Assembly: GCA_963715195.1 (NCBI GenBank)
Contig: CAVQRT010000030.1
Location: 1 to 64,000 of the forward strand
Source: Thermodesulfovibrionales bacterium
GTDB lineage: Bacteria > Nitrospirota > Thermodesulfovibrionia > Thermodesulfovibrionales > SM23-35
Direction of reading: 5' to 3'
Length of the DNA stretch: 64,000 nucleotides
Below, in pieces: positions 10,015 to 19,112 of the stretch (the stretch's first letter is position 1; each line of letters starts with the position of its first letter). Both the position numbers and the translations under genes were made by a program. The notes under the pieces are model-generated. The model ran no database searches and was not told the origin of the DNA. It saw nothing but the letters and a program-made list of their open reading frames with translations.

Positions 10015-12972
10015 CTATTTCTGTCCTGTAACAAATCCGTATATCTTTTCCATCTCCTGTTGCCAGTTCGTGGATTCGATGGTTTTCAGAGCGCTTACCC
10101 TCAGAGTCTCCTGTAGTTCAGAATTTTCCAACAAGTGCATGAGTTTCTCTGCAATGTATGTTGGGGAAGGCTCAGCAACAATGCAGTTGACGCCATCATT
10201 GAGGAGCCAGGTACTTGTTTGATTATAATTTGCGATCACGACCGCGCCGCTCGCCATCAGTTCGATGGGCAGATAGGAAGTATGTTTCGTGAACATCAGG
10301 ATCAGGCCGAAATCACAGGACCGGTAGAGTTCCGCAGTCTCATGGTAGCTCATCAGACCGAGGTTTTCAACAATCCCTTCCACACCAAAGTCAGCAGGTT
10401 TCCATTCACTCCCCGCAGACACGATTTCTATCCCGTTTCCCAAGCCTGCTTTTATCTTTTTCGCGGTTGCAATTGCGAGATCAAAAGCGTTCCTGTCATG
10501 CAGTGGTCTTCCATAAAAGAAGAGTTTCCATGATCTCTCTTTTCCCTGAAAGGATTTTTCGGCAGGGAAGAATACTGTACGATCAACAGCCGGTACGAAA
10601 TACTCCGCATGGATGTCATAGTGGTTCCTGATAAAATTGTAGAGGCCCGGAGAATTGACGAGTCCGTGGAAACCGAACCGGTACGTTGCCTCTGCCAATG
10701 CGTAGGTTGAACCTGCCGGATAAAAGAGCGGCTCATAATCCTGAATGAAGTAGAACTTCCCACGGGTCTTGTGAAACTTGAGCAGACGGTAAGCAGACGT
10801 CCAGAGTGTTGCCACCGATATATCTGCATATGGGATCACATTCACATCATGCCCTCTGCGGATGAAGACTTCGAAGTCTTCTAATTGCGGAAAAGCTAAC
10901 CGTATCTTACCTGCTACATCAGACTCAAGAACCAACGGACTATCGTAAAGGACAAACCTGTTCCGGATTCCCTTTCCCGAAAAATATTCAGCAAATCTCA
11001 GTATGGTATAAATTCCACCATAATAGACATGATGAAAATATGGGATAAACCAATTGATGCTTGTGATGACCGGACGGTCCCTTTCGAACTCAGCCATGAG
11101 TTGCCTGTTCGATTCCAGTTCACTGACTGAATAATCAAAGGCTTCGATCATGGCGATTGTTTCGAACGATTGTAATTGTTTTTCTTCATACGACGCTACA
11201 TCACATGCTCTTGCCCATTGAACGGCATCCTCTCTGATTTCACTGATCCTATGTTTCTCATCTTTCATTTTCAGAGAGCAGTCCGTTTTCAAAACTGTCA
11301 GATTCGGGTTGTAATAGGGATCTCGGACGGACAGATATGTTTCATAACTTTCGAGAGAGAGCAAGAAATCAACCGCTGGAATACACGCACCCCGGGATGC
11401 TGCCTCATGATGATAAAGAACAGCATAGGGCACATAAATATTCCTGTACCCCTTATGATGAATTCTCAGGCAGAAATCAACGTCGCTCCCGCAGACAATA
11501 AAGGATTCACCAAAACCGCCAACTTCATCGAACACTTCTTTCCTCACCATCAAACAGGCTCCGGTAACCGCAAGGTAGTTTCTGACAAAGTCCGGTGAAC
11601 CAAAAACATTGTAAGTATGTTCAGGTAATCCCGCGAACACGTGACCCGCAAATCCGGTTATCCCGACAACTACACCGGCATGCTGGACTGTTCTATCAGG
11701 AAACAGGAGTTTGCATCCTACTGCTCCCACTTCCTTCCTCTGTGAATGTTCAAGTAGGAAAGTGAGCCAGTCCGGTTCAATAACTTCGGTGTCATTATTG
11801 AGAAAGAGCAGGAAACTCCCGCTGGAATGCTTGACACCAAAATTATTGATCCGGGAGTAATTAAACTCTTCGTCAAATTTCAGAATCCTGACTTTCGGAT
11901 TCTTTCCAATGGTGTCAAGATATTCAAATGTCGCTGCCTCGCTGCTCATGTTAGAAATGAGCACAAGTTCGTATTCTTCGTATGTTGTCTTTTTGAGAAT
12001 GCTGTCTAAACATGTCCGCAAAAGGTCAACCTTGTCTTTGAACGGTATGATGATCGAAATCAGCGGCCTGCCGGAAATCGGGTACCGTACAACATAATTT
12101 GTTCTTACATCTGCGGGCATCACCTGAGCTTCTATATGTTTTGACTCCAGGAAATCTTTCAGAGCAGCTATGCCTGATATATCCGCATACTCTTTGTGCG
12201 ATACATCCGTTGCGGTAGACGCCTCATGGTCTCTCCAGTGATACAGTATCTTCGGGATATGGCCAATCCTTGAGGTAAGGGTGCTCGCCCTCAGGAATAG
12301 ATCATAATCCTGCGCGCCGTCATAACCGCTCCGGAACCCTCCAAGTTTTATGATGATCGTGTGACGAATGACAGTGAAATGACAGATATAATTCACCGAC
12401 AGGAGGAGGTCGGGAGACCAGCCAGGTTTAAAGAAAGGCAAAACTCTTCTTCCATCGGAATCAATTTTGTCTTCATCGGAATAGATAAAATCAAGAGATG
12501 GGTCCGCATTGAGCAGCCTTGCAACCTCATAAAGGGCAAAGGGGGCGAGTTCATCATCGTGGTCAAGGAAGCCGACGAATACCCCGTCCGCAAGAGAAAG
12601 TGCCTCATTTGAATTTCCCGCAATATGTTTATTTTCTGTGAGGAAGACGACCTTTATTCGTTTATCCCTATCAGCATACTCCTGCAACTTTTCACGGATG
12701 TAAGCTCTGCCCGAGTGCCCGTCGGCTATGCAGAGTTCCCAGTTTTCGTATGTTTGTGCACGGACAGAATCTATCATCCTGACGAGCATGTCTTCATCGG
12801 TTTCATAAACAGGAACGACGATACTTATCAGGGGCCTGTACAGGAAAGATTCGGCGTCTCCCCGCTGCTTCAGGAGCTCGGGTTCGCTCGGTTCATTCTC
12901 ATGAACCCACACATCATATGAAACGGAATCGTTTCCCTGGCCGGCAAATTCTGTTTCCATATCAGTTATCAA
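10015..12972 (-). CDS. Multidomain glycosyltransferase: two GT2 domains plus a C-terminal WsaF-like GT-B domain (probable rhamnosyltransferase)
   Basis: GFLDHDDEL/IYSDEDK, LFLNNDTEV/QHAGVV, then YYGGIYTILRF, VATLWTSA, YFIQDYEP, FFYGRP. Confidence 0.85.
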   Translation of the reverse strand: MITDMETEFAGQGNDSVSYDVWVHENEPSEPELLKQRGDAESFLYRPLISIVVPVYETDEDMLVRMIDSVRAQTYENWELCIADGHSGRAYIREKLQEYADRDKRIKVVFLTENKHIAGNSNEALSLADGVFVGFLDHDDELAPFALYEVARLLNADPSLDFIYSDEDKIDSDGRRVLPFFKPGWSPDLLLSVNYICHFTVIRHTIIIKLGGFRSGYDGAQDYDLFLRASTLTSRIGHIPKILYHWRDHEASTATDVSHKEYADISGIAALKDFLESKHIEAQVMPADVRTNYVVRYPISGRPLISIIIPFKDKVDLLRTCLDSILKKTTYEEYELVLISNMSSEAATFEYLDTIGKNPKVRILKFDEEFNYSRINNFGVKHSSGSFLLFLNNDTEVIEPDWLTFLLEHSQRKEVGAVGCKLLFPDRTVQHAGVVVGITGFAGHVFAGLPEHTYNVFGSPDFVRNYLAVTGACLMVRKEVFDEVGGFGESFIVCGSDVDFCLRIHHKGYRNIYVPYAVLYHHEAASRGACIPAVDFLLSLESYETYLSVRDPYYNPNLTVLKTDCSLKMKDEKHRISEIREDAVQWARACDVASYEEKQLQSFETIAMIEAFDYSVSELESNRQLMAEFERDRPVITSINWFIPYFHHVYYGGIYTILRFAEYFSGKGIRNRFVLYDSPLVLESDVAGKIRLAFPQLEDFEVFIRRGHDVNVIPYADISVATLWTSAYRLLKFHKTRGKFYFIQDYEPLFYPAGSTYALAEATYRFGFHGLVNSPGLYNFIRNHYDIHAEYFVPAVDRTVFFPAEKSFQGKERSWKLFFYGRPLHDRNAFDLAIATAKKIKAGLGNGIEIVSAGSEWKPADFGVEGIVENLGLMSYHETAELYRSCDFGLILMFTKHTSYLPIELMASGAVVIANYNQTSTWLLNDGVNCIVAEPSPTYIAEKLMHLLENSELQETLRVSALKTIESTNWQQEMEKIYGFVTGQK

Positions 12973-14146
12973 ATCCTCTACCCTTCAAGCGGCTAATTAT
13001 CTTCTGATAGATTCTTCCTCTCGTTGTTTCCCGGGGGATGAGTCTGTCTCTGATATCTCTTATCCTGGTCAGCAATTGCCACCCAAGAGTAGATTGCATT
13101 TCATTTATTGCATTAGTTAAGTGCATAGTTGCATTGTTCAATCTTTCCACTTCCGATACTTTTTGACTGAGCTGCGATACCGTGTGGTTTAGTTCGGTAT
13201 CCTTCTGATTCAGTTCAGCCTCTTTCCTGTGAATCTCGGCATCCTTCTGGTGAATCTCATCATGTTTCCGCTGAATCTCATCATTCTTTTGGCGAAGTTC
13301 AGCATATTTCTTGTTAAGTTCGGTTTCCAAAGCCGTAAATTTTTTTATCAAATCCTTCAATTCTTTGGTAAGCACACCCTGCTTCTTATCTAAGTTGAGG
13401 ATTACCTCCGGTGTTATCTTGTGCTGGTGCTTGCTGAAAATCTGAACAAAAGCATTGTTGATAACATGCTGTTCAGCTGCTTGTGCAATTTGGCTGCCTG
13501 TATTCCACTGATTATATATGGAGGTAACCTTCTTGATATGATGAAATGGAAATGTTTCACCTATTCGCAAGAGCAGATCCCAGTCTTCGTAAAGGTTAAA
13601 GCTCTCATCGAAACCGCCTGATTGTTTGAGGACTTCGCTTGAAAAGAGTATGGATATGAGGGGTATATAATTCGCAACCATCAGGTCAACATAAGAAAAA
13701 TCATAGGATGAAAAGACTTTTCTTTCTTTGATTTCAGTATCTCCCACTTCATCATCAATTTCTTTCAGAACAAGTTCTGAATCTGCATATGCGACTTTGC
13801 AATCAGTTCTCTCAAGGGACTCAACAAGGGTTGAGATATGATCCGGACATAACTCATCGTCATCATCGAGAAAACCGATATAGTGACCCTGCGCATTGAG
13901 TATGCCTGTATTGCCAGCAGCAGCACGGCCCGTGCTTTTTTCAGAGCGGATATAATTGAGAGAGCAATCATTTAAGATAGTCCTGACAGCATTCATATCA
14001 AGGTCACAGCCACCGTCGTTGATGAGAATAACTTCAACAGGTCTATAGTCCTGGAACGCGATGCTCTTGAGCGCTGTTCTCAAAAGACCAGGCCTGTTTT
14101 TCGTCCTGACGATAACTGAAACACGAGGATTTTCTTTACCCGCCAT
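12962..14146 (-). CDS. GT2 glycosyltransferase with C-terminal coiled coil
   Basis: VSVIVRTKNR, INDGG, FLDDDD, EDWDL; heptad repeats; STLGWQL tail. Confidence 0.85.
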   Translation of the reverse strand: MAGKENPRVSVIVRTKNRPGLLRTALKSIAFQDYRPVEVILINDGGCDLDMNAVRTILNDCSLNYIRSEKSTGRAAAGNTGILNAQGHYIGFLDDDDELCPDHISTLVESLERTDCKVAYADSELVLKEIDDEVGDTEIKERKVFSSYDFSYVDLMVANYIPLISILFSSEVLKQSGGFDESFNLYEDWDLLLRIGETFPFHHIKKVTSIYNQWNTGSQIAQAAEQHVINNAFVQIFSKHQHKITPEVILNLDKKQGVLTKELKDLIKKFTALETELNKKYAELRQKNDEIQRKHDEIHQKDAEIHRKEAELNQKDTELNHTVSQLSQKVSEVERLNNATMHLTNAINEMQSTLGWQLLTRIRDIRDRLIPRETTRGRIYQKIISRLKGRGFDN

Positions 14147-15827
14147 GCAATTTCTTCTTCCCGATAATCATTGCATAATGATTCTCAAGGATACCATGCT
14201 TTATGAGAATCTGTTCGCATTGCATGACAGTTTTGATAAGCATTATATCTTTTTCATTTGCCTGGTCTAACCGGTGCAATATCTTGTCGAGGACCAGATC
14301 ATACAATGCCCCGCCGAAATAAGTGACGGCAACAATATCGAATAGCTTCTTTAGCGTGGGGATGACAATAGCTGAACTCGCAGCAGCTTTTTCATGCGGG
14401 TGAGTAGTAGTAGTCTTTTCAGATTGCGGTTCAGAGGTGAATGCCAGATCAGGCTGGCTACTGAACGCCTGAGAAAACATATCAGCGATGCCGATTTCCT
14501 GCTCCGTCCATTGAAAATGTGCAGGGCCGGAGTACTCCAAAGCAATGATAAAAGCTTCATCTTTCAGAATATTCTTTGCATCCTTTAAAAAACTTTCGAG
14601 GTTGCCGATGTGGCTGAGGATGTCGACACAGAGCAGTAAATCATATTCGTCGGGCTTCATTTTCTCTATATCTTGCTTCGGGTAGTCGCGCGCATCGCAT
14701 TCACTCATTATGTCAAAGGATGCGCATGTATTATATTTCCTAAAGCTCTGTTCCAATCCCTTCAATTTATGACATATACTCAAGCCTTTCTGAAGCCCTG
14801 TGATGAAATATTCTCTTTTCAGGTGGTCATAGAAGCTTATCCCAGGATCACCGGTAATGAGGGTCTCAATCTGATGCATAACGATGGGTGAATCCCACCA
14901 CGACAGAGCAGCTGGCGCAGCGTCTTCAATCACTTCCTGTGCAATCATTCCCCCGGTATTCTGGGGATAAGCAGTTTCTGCAGAATACCCTGAGACACTG
15001 ACGGAATTTCCAGTTGTATCATGCTCTTCGATAACAGGCTCATTTTCAGATTCACCGGGAGGTTCCTTTTCATCCGCATCAAGAGGAATACCGAGAAAAT
15101 CCAGGTACTCATTGATAACTTCTCTCGCGCTGCCGATTTTCATAATAGTACCGTTGTCTATCCATGCCACCCTGTTGCAGAGCTCTGCTATCGCAGGCAT
15201 GTCGTGGCTCACAATGATAACCGTAGCGCCCGACTCCATCAACTCCTTCATCTTTCTGTTGCACTTTTCCTTGAAGTTCAAATCCCCGACTGCAAGCGCC
15301 TCGTCTACTAACAGTATTTCAGGATTAATGTGAACCGCCACGGAGAAACCGAGCCGGGCATGCATGCCCGAAGAGTAGGTTCTGAGGGGCTGATACACAA
15401 AATCACCGAGCTCAGAAAATTCGACAATCGCCCCCAACTTCTTCATCATATCTTCCCTCGTGTTCCCGCTCAGTATCCCGTTCAGGATAATGTTCTCAAG
15501 GCCTGACAATTCCGGATGGAATCCGGCGCCGAGTTCGAGGAGGGAAGAAATCTTTCCATGTGCTTTTACAGAACCCCTGTCCGGCTTCATGACTCCTGCT
15601 GTCAACCCGAGAATGGTACTTTTGCCCGAACCATTTCTTCCGATAATGCCGAATACCTCTCCTTTTTCGACTTCAAATGAGATGCCCTTCAACGCGATAA
15701 ACCTGGTTTTTTTCAGGGATGCTAAACTTTTCGGCAGATGAAATAAAAAAGATTTGAAACCGGCTGTTATGTGCTGATAAAACGGGTATTCTTTGTAAAC
15801 ATCTTTAAACGTTACCGCCGGAGCCAT
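14136..15827 (-). CDS. wzt: Wzt ABC ATPase with C-terminal SAM-methyltransferase-like domain
   Basis: GRNGSGKST, YSSGM, LVDEALAVGD; C-terminal YDLLLCVDILSHI...ILKDEAFIIALEY resembles the class I MTase core. Confidence 0.85.
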   Translation of the reverse strand: MAPAVTFKDVYKEYPFYQHITAGFKSFLFHLPKSLASLKKTRFIALKGISFEVEKGEVFGIIGRNGSGKSTILGLTAGVMKPDRGSVKAHGKISSLLELGAGFHPELSGLENIILNGILSGNTREDMMKKLGAIVEFSELGDFVYQPLRTYSSGMHARLGFSVAVHINPEILLVDEALAVGDLNFKEKCNRKMKELMESGATVIIVSHDMPAIAELCNRVAWIDNGTIMKIGSAREVINEYLDFLGIPLDADEKEPPGESENEPVIEEHDTTGNSVSVSGYSAETAYPQNTGGMIAQEVIEDAAPAALSWWDSPIVMHQIETLITGDPGISFYDHLKREYFITGLQKGLSICHKLKGLEQSFRKYNTCASFDIMSECDARDYPKQDIEKMKPDEYDLLLCVDILSHIGNLESFLKDAKNILKDEAFIIALEYSGPAHFQWTEQEIGIADMFSQAFSSQPDLAFTSEPQSEKTTTTHPHEKAAASSAIVIPTLKKLFDIVAVTYFGGALYDLVLDKILHRLDQANEKDIMLIKTVMQCEQILIKHGILENHYAMIIGKKKLHGG

Positions 15828-16622
15828 TTACAAAACCTCAGCAAATCTCCATTTCAATTTCCTGTAGACGAGATACCCTATTGAGTAAACAATGAGCGCA
15901 TACAGAAGCGCCAGAGCAATATCATTGACATTCAGCGTACCGTGCATAAAAAGATTCCTCCAGCTTATGAAAAGTATCGATAAGGGATTCGACAGAATCA
16001 GGGTCCTGTATTCGGCAGGCACCATGTCCTCTGAATAAATGATCGGCGTCATATAAAACATTAGCGAGGTGAAGATAAAAACGATTCTCTCAATATCACG
16101 AAAGAAGAGATTGAGTGCAGAGACTGCGAGTGAAAATCCCATGGTGATTATGAATTGTATGAGGAGGAATACCGGTATTCCCACGAACCATATAACACTT
16201 GGGTGCATCCCGTAAATGAACAAAAAAAGGATTATCACCGGTATCGAAAGGATGAAGTGCAGCATATCGTTGAGTATTGTTGCGACAATAAGAACCTCAT
16301 GCCGGAAATGCATTTTTTTGATTAATGTTGCGTTGCCGATAAAAACCATTGCGGAGCTGTTCACAGAATTCAAGAACCATTGCCACGGGAAAAGGCCTGC
16401 AATGAGAAATAAGGTGTAGTTTTCTATCGGGATCTTCATAAAAATTTTAAAAGCGACAAAAAAGACAAGCGCAAGAGCGAGTGGATTGGCGATCGACCAG
16501 AGGTAACCCAAAAAACTTCGTTTATATCTAACCTTAAGCTCTTTCTGGGTAAGAACGAGCACTAAATCTTTATAGTATTGAAAGGATGTCTTCTTCATGT
16601 ATTGTTCTGTATTGTACTGCAA
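15828..16622 (-). CDS. wzm: ABC-2 polysaccharide exporter permease (Wzm), second copy
   Basis: KELKVRYKRSFLGYLWSIANP, FFRDIE, FYMTPIIY, FAEVL end; true start may be 16598. Confidence 0.92.
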   Translation of the reverse strand: MQYNTEQYMKKTSFQYYKDLVLVLTQKELKVRYKRSFLGYLWSIANPLALALVFFVAFKIFMKIPIENYTLFLIAGLFPWQWFLNSVNSSAMVFIGNATLIKKMHFRHEVLIVATILNDMLHFILSIPVIILFLFIYGMHPSVIWFVGIPVFLLIQFIITMGFSLAVSALNLFFRDIERIVFIFTSLMFYMTPIIYSEDMVPAEYRTLILSNPLSILFISWRNLFMHGTLNVNDIALALLYALIVYSIGYLVYRKLKWRFAEVL

Positions 16623-16674
16623 ATATATTCAGGAGTGTTTCCGGAAAGCTGCTGGAGAAAAAAGGAGGTTGCTG

Positions 16675-18870
16675 TCAAGGAGCGTCGAGCTTTAACTCTT
16701 TAAGGCGTTCGTCTTGGATACCTTGTTCTTTATACCGTTTTTTCATATCTGTTACAAGCCCCTCTTTATCAATATCCTGATGAATTCCCTTCATCCTCTG
16801 GAGATAATCTGATGTTACTGTACTGGCTTCATTTAGATTCCTCATGACATGCGGCGTTAGCAGGATGATGAGTTCTCTTCGTTCATATTTGTCTGTCACA
16901 GAACCGAAGAGATAACCGATAAGGGGTATTTTGCTTAAAAAAGGAATACCTTCATTTGCGTTTGACGTCTGTTCTGTTATTAGACCTCCGATAATAATAG
17001 TCTGCCCATCCTGCGCAACAAGGTTTGTCGTAGCCTCTCTCTTACTTATGACAACCTGATCAGAATCAAAGATCCTTTGTATGGAGTATGTAGAGACTTC
17101 CTGTGAGAGCTCAAGCGTGACAAGTCCACCCTGATTCACCTGAGGCTTCACCGTGAGAATAACTCCCGTGTCCTTATACTGAATTGTCCTCTGTATTGTA
17201 TCTGTCCCTGTGATATTTGACTCGGAAGTTGCAATCGGCACCTGATCGCCGACCTGAATCCGTGCTTCACGGTTATCAAGGACAATAACGTGCGGAGACG
17301 CCAGAACCCGTGCCCGCGAGGCCTGCGCAAGGGCCTCAAGCCGGGCTCGCACGATTCCGGAGGAATCTGTAGCGAGGAATGCGAAACCTGAACTGGAAAG
17401 TGTAGCCGCACCATCACCGATTATTGAAGAAGTCCCCTGCCCCATTTGACCATCGAGTTTAACAGGGTTGTCAAAGGGCTTCAAGGAAAAATTGATATCA
17501 GTTTTTAGAGACCACGCAAGCCCGAAACTCAGATCGTCCGTAAGCTTTATTTCAGCGACAAGGGCTTCGATCACAACCTGTCTCGGCAGGATATCAAGCT
17601 TCTTGATCGTCTCTTCTATGAAGGAGTAATCAGCAGGCGTTGCGAGGATTACCAATGAGTTCGTTATTTCGTCAGCAAACACTTTTGTTTCGGGAGAAAC
17701 GAATTTCCCCCCTCCAGCAACTGTTGCTGCCGCTCCCATGGTCGACGTGGTGCCTGGAGTCGTTGTGGGTTGAGTAGTGCTTCCGGATGCGGCGGTTCTT
17801 CTTGACGTTGTGGTGGGTCTCGGTGTCGTCGTTGACGTTGTCGCAGAGGCTCCTGCGCCCCCAAAAATTGATTGCATGAGCGAAGCGATATGCGTTGCCT
17901 TACTGTTCTGTAAAGGATAGACAAATATTTTCAGGCTTGTCACGGAGAACATGTCGTCGAATACCTGAATCCATTTCTTGATGTACATGAGTTGTTCACC
18001 TGCCGATGCAATAATGACGAGTGAATTAAGGCGGTATATGGGAAGTATTCTGACAGTCCCGCCTTTCAGGTGCAATCCCAATGCATTTTCAATATCTGGC
18101 ATGGCTTCCTTGAGTTCCAGATTCTTGAAGTTGACCATGTCAATGGCAACTTTTTCCGGCTCTTTTCCGATCTGCGAATACACAAGTTCTTTCGGCACAT
18201 CGGTCAGCGGCACTATCCGGTAAAGGCCAGCCTCTTCGACAAAACCGATCCCGTTCATTCTGAGGACAATCTCCATAATTGGCAGAACTTCATCCTTTGG
18301 CACAGGTGTAATCGTTCTGAAATTCACCCTGCCCTTGACCTGCTGGTCAACAATGTAATTGACCTTGAGGACATCGGCAAAGATCGTCTGAATCACCTCA
18401 TAGATATCCGCATCATCGAAAAAGAAACTGACCGTCGGGGAAGCTTTTGGTTGTGGAGGCGCAGTCGGAAGCTGGGGAGCCGCCTGCGGTGGCGGAGCTA
18501 CTTCTGGAACCGTTGGAATTTGTTCAGGCTCAGCGGGAAGTACCTGCTCTGGCATGGGTTGCTGGGGCACTAACGGAGGCTGCGGTAAGGAAGGTTGAGG
18601 AGTTGTTGGTTGCTGTGGAACAGCTGGCTGGGTAACCTCCTGAGGCTGCATTTCTTCAATACCCTGTCCTTTTGATTCAGCATCAGGTGCTCCGGGAGGT
18701 AATGCTTCTTCCGGTACTTCTGCAGTCTCCTCCCCGTTATCGTCCGCCTGTACTTCCTCCTCTCCCTGGTCTGTTTCATCTGCCACGTTCTGGGGAAAAG
18801 CCATGGGAGTTACAGAAAATGACAGTAAAAAAATGACCAGGATGGAAAGGATAACCTTGAATCTTCGCAA
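16675..18870 (-). CDS. gspD: Type II secretion secretin GspD-like
   Basis: Signal peptide, FFFDDADI..VI N0 domain, TNSLVI, QVVIEALVAE, LDNREARIQVG, DTGVILTVKPQVN, GIPFLSKIPLIGYLF. Confidence 0.88.
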   Translation of the reverse strand: MRRFKVILSILVIFLLSFSVTPMAFPQNVADETDQGEEEVQADDNGEETAEVPEEALPPGAPDAESKGQGIEEMQPQEVTQPAVPQQPTTPQPSLPQPPLVPQQPMPEQVLPAEPEQIPTVPEVAPPPQAAPQLPTAPPQPKASPTVSFFFDDADIYEVIQTIFADVLKVNYIVDQQVKGRVNFRTITPVPKDEVLPIMEIVLRMNGIGFVEEAGLYRIVPLTDVPKELVYSQIGKEPEKVAIDMVNFKNLELKEAMPDIENALGLHLKGGTVRILPIYRLNSLVIIASAGEQLMYIKKWIQVFDDMFSVTSLKIFVYPLQNSKATHIASLMQSIFGGAGASATTSTTTPRPTTTSRRTAASGSTTQPTTTPGTTSTMGAAATVAGGGKFVSPETKVFADEITNSLVILATPADYSFIEETIKKLDILPRQVVIEALVAEIKLTDDLSFGLAWSLKTDINFSLKPFDNPVKLDGQMGQGTSSIIGDGAATLSSSGFAFLATDSSGIVRARLEALAQASRARVLASPHVIVLDNREARIQVGDQVPIATSESNITGTDTIQRTIQYKDTGVILTVKPQVNQGGLVTLELSQEVSTYSIQRIFDSDQVVISKREATTNLVAQDGQTIIIGGLITEQTSNANEGIPFLSKIPLIGYLFGSVTDKYERRELIILLTPHVMRNLNEASTVTSDYLQRMKGIHQDIDKEGLVTDMKKRYKEQGIQDERLKELKLDAP

Positions 18871-19112
18871 AAATTTCTCCTCTCGGGATACTGTGGATAA
18901 AGCGAATATGTAACAATAATTAATTATTATTATATTGTCAAGTGGAGCACAGCAGCCTTCACAACATCTTCACAATATTTGTGAAAGCAGGGACAGCTTA
19001 TCGACGTCCGTCCTGAAAAACAGCGGTATCGTCGTCTTGAGATATTCTCTCTCTCATGCCATAATGAATAGCATTTTCGATTCAAAAATATTCAGGAGAA
19101 TTAGCATATACA

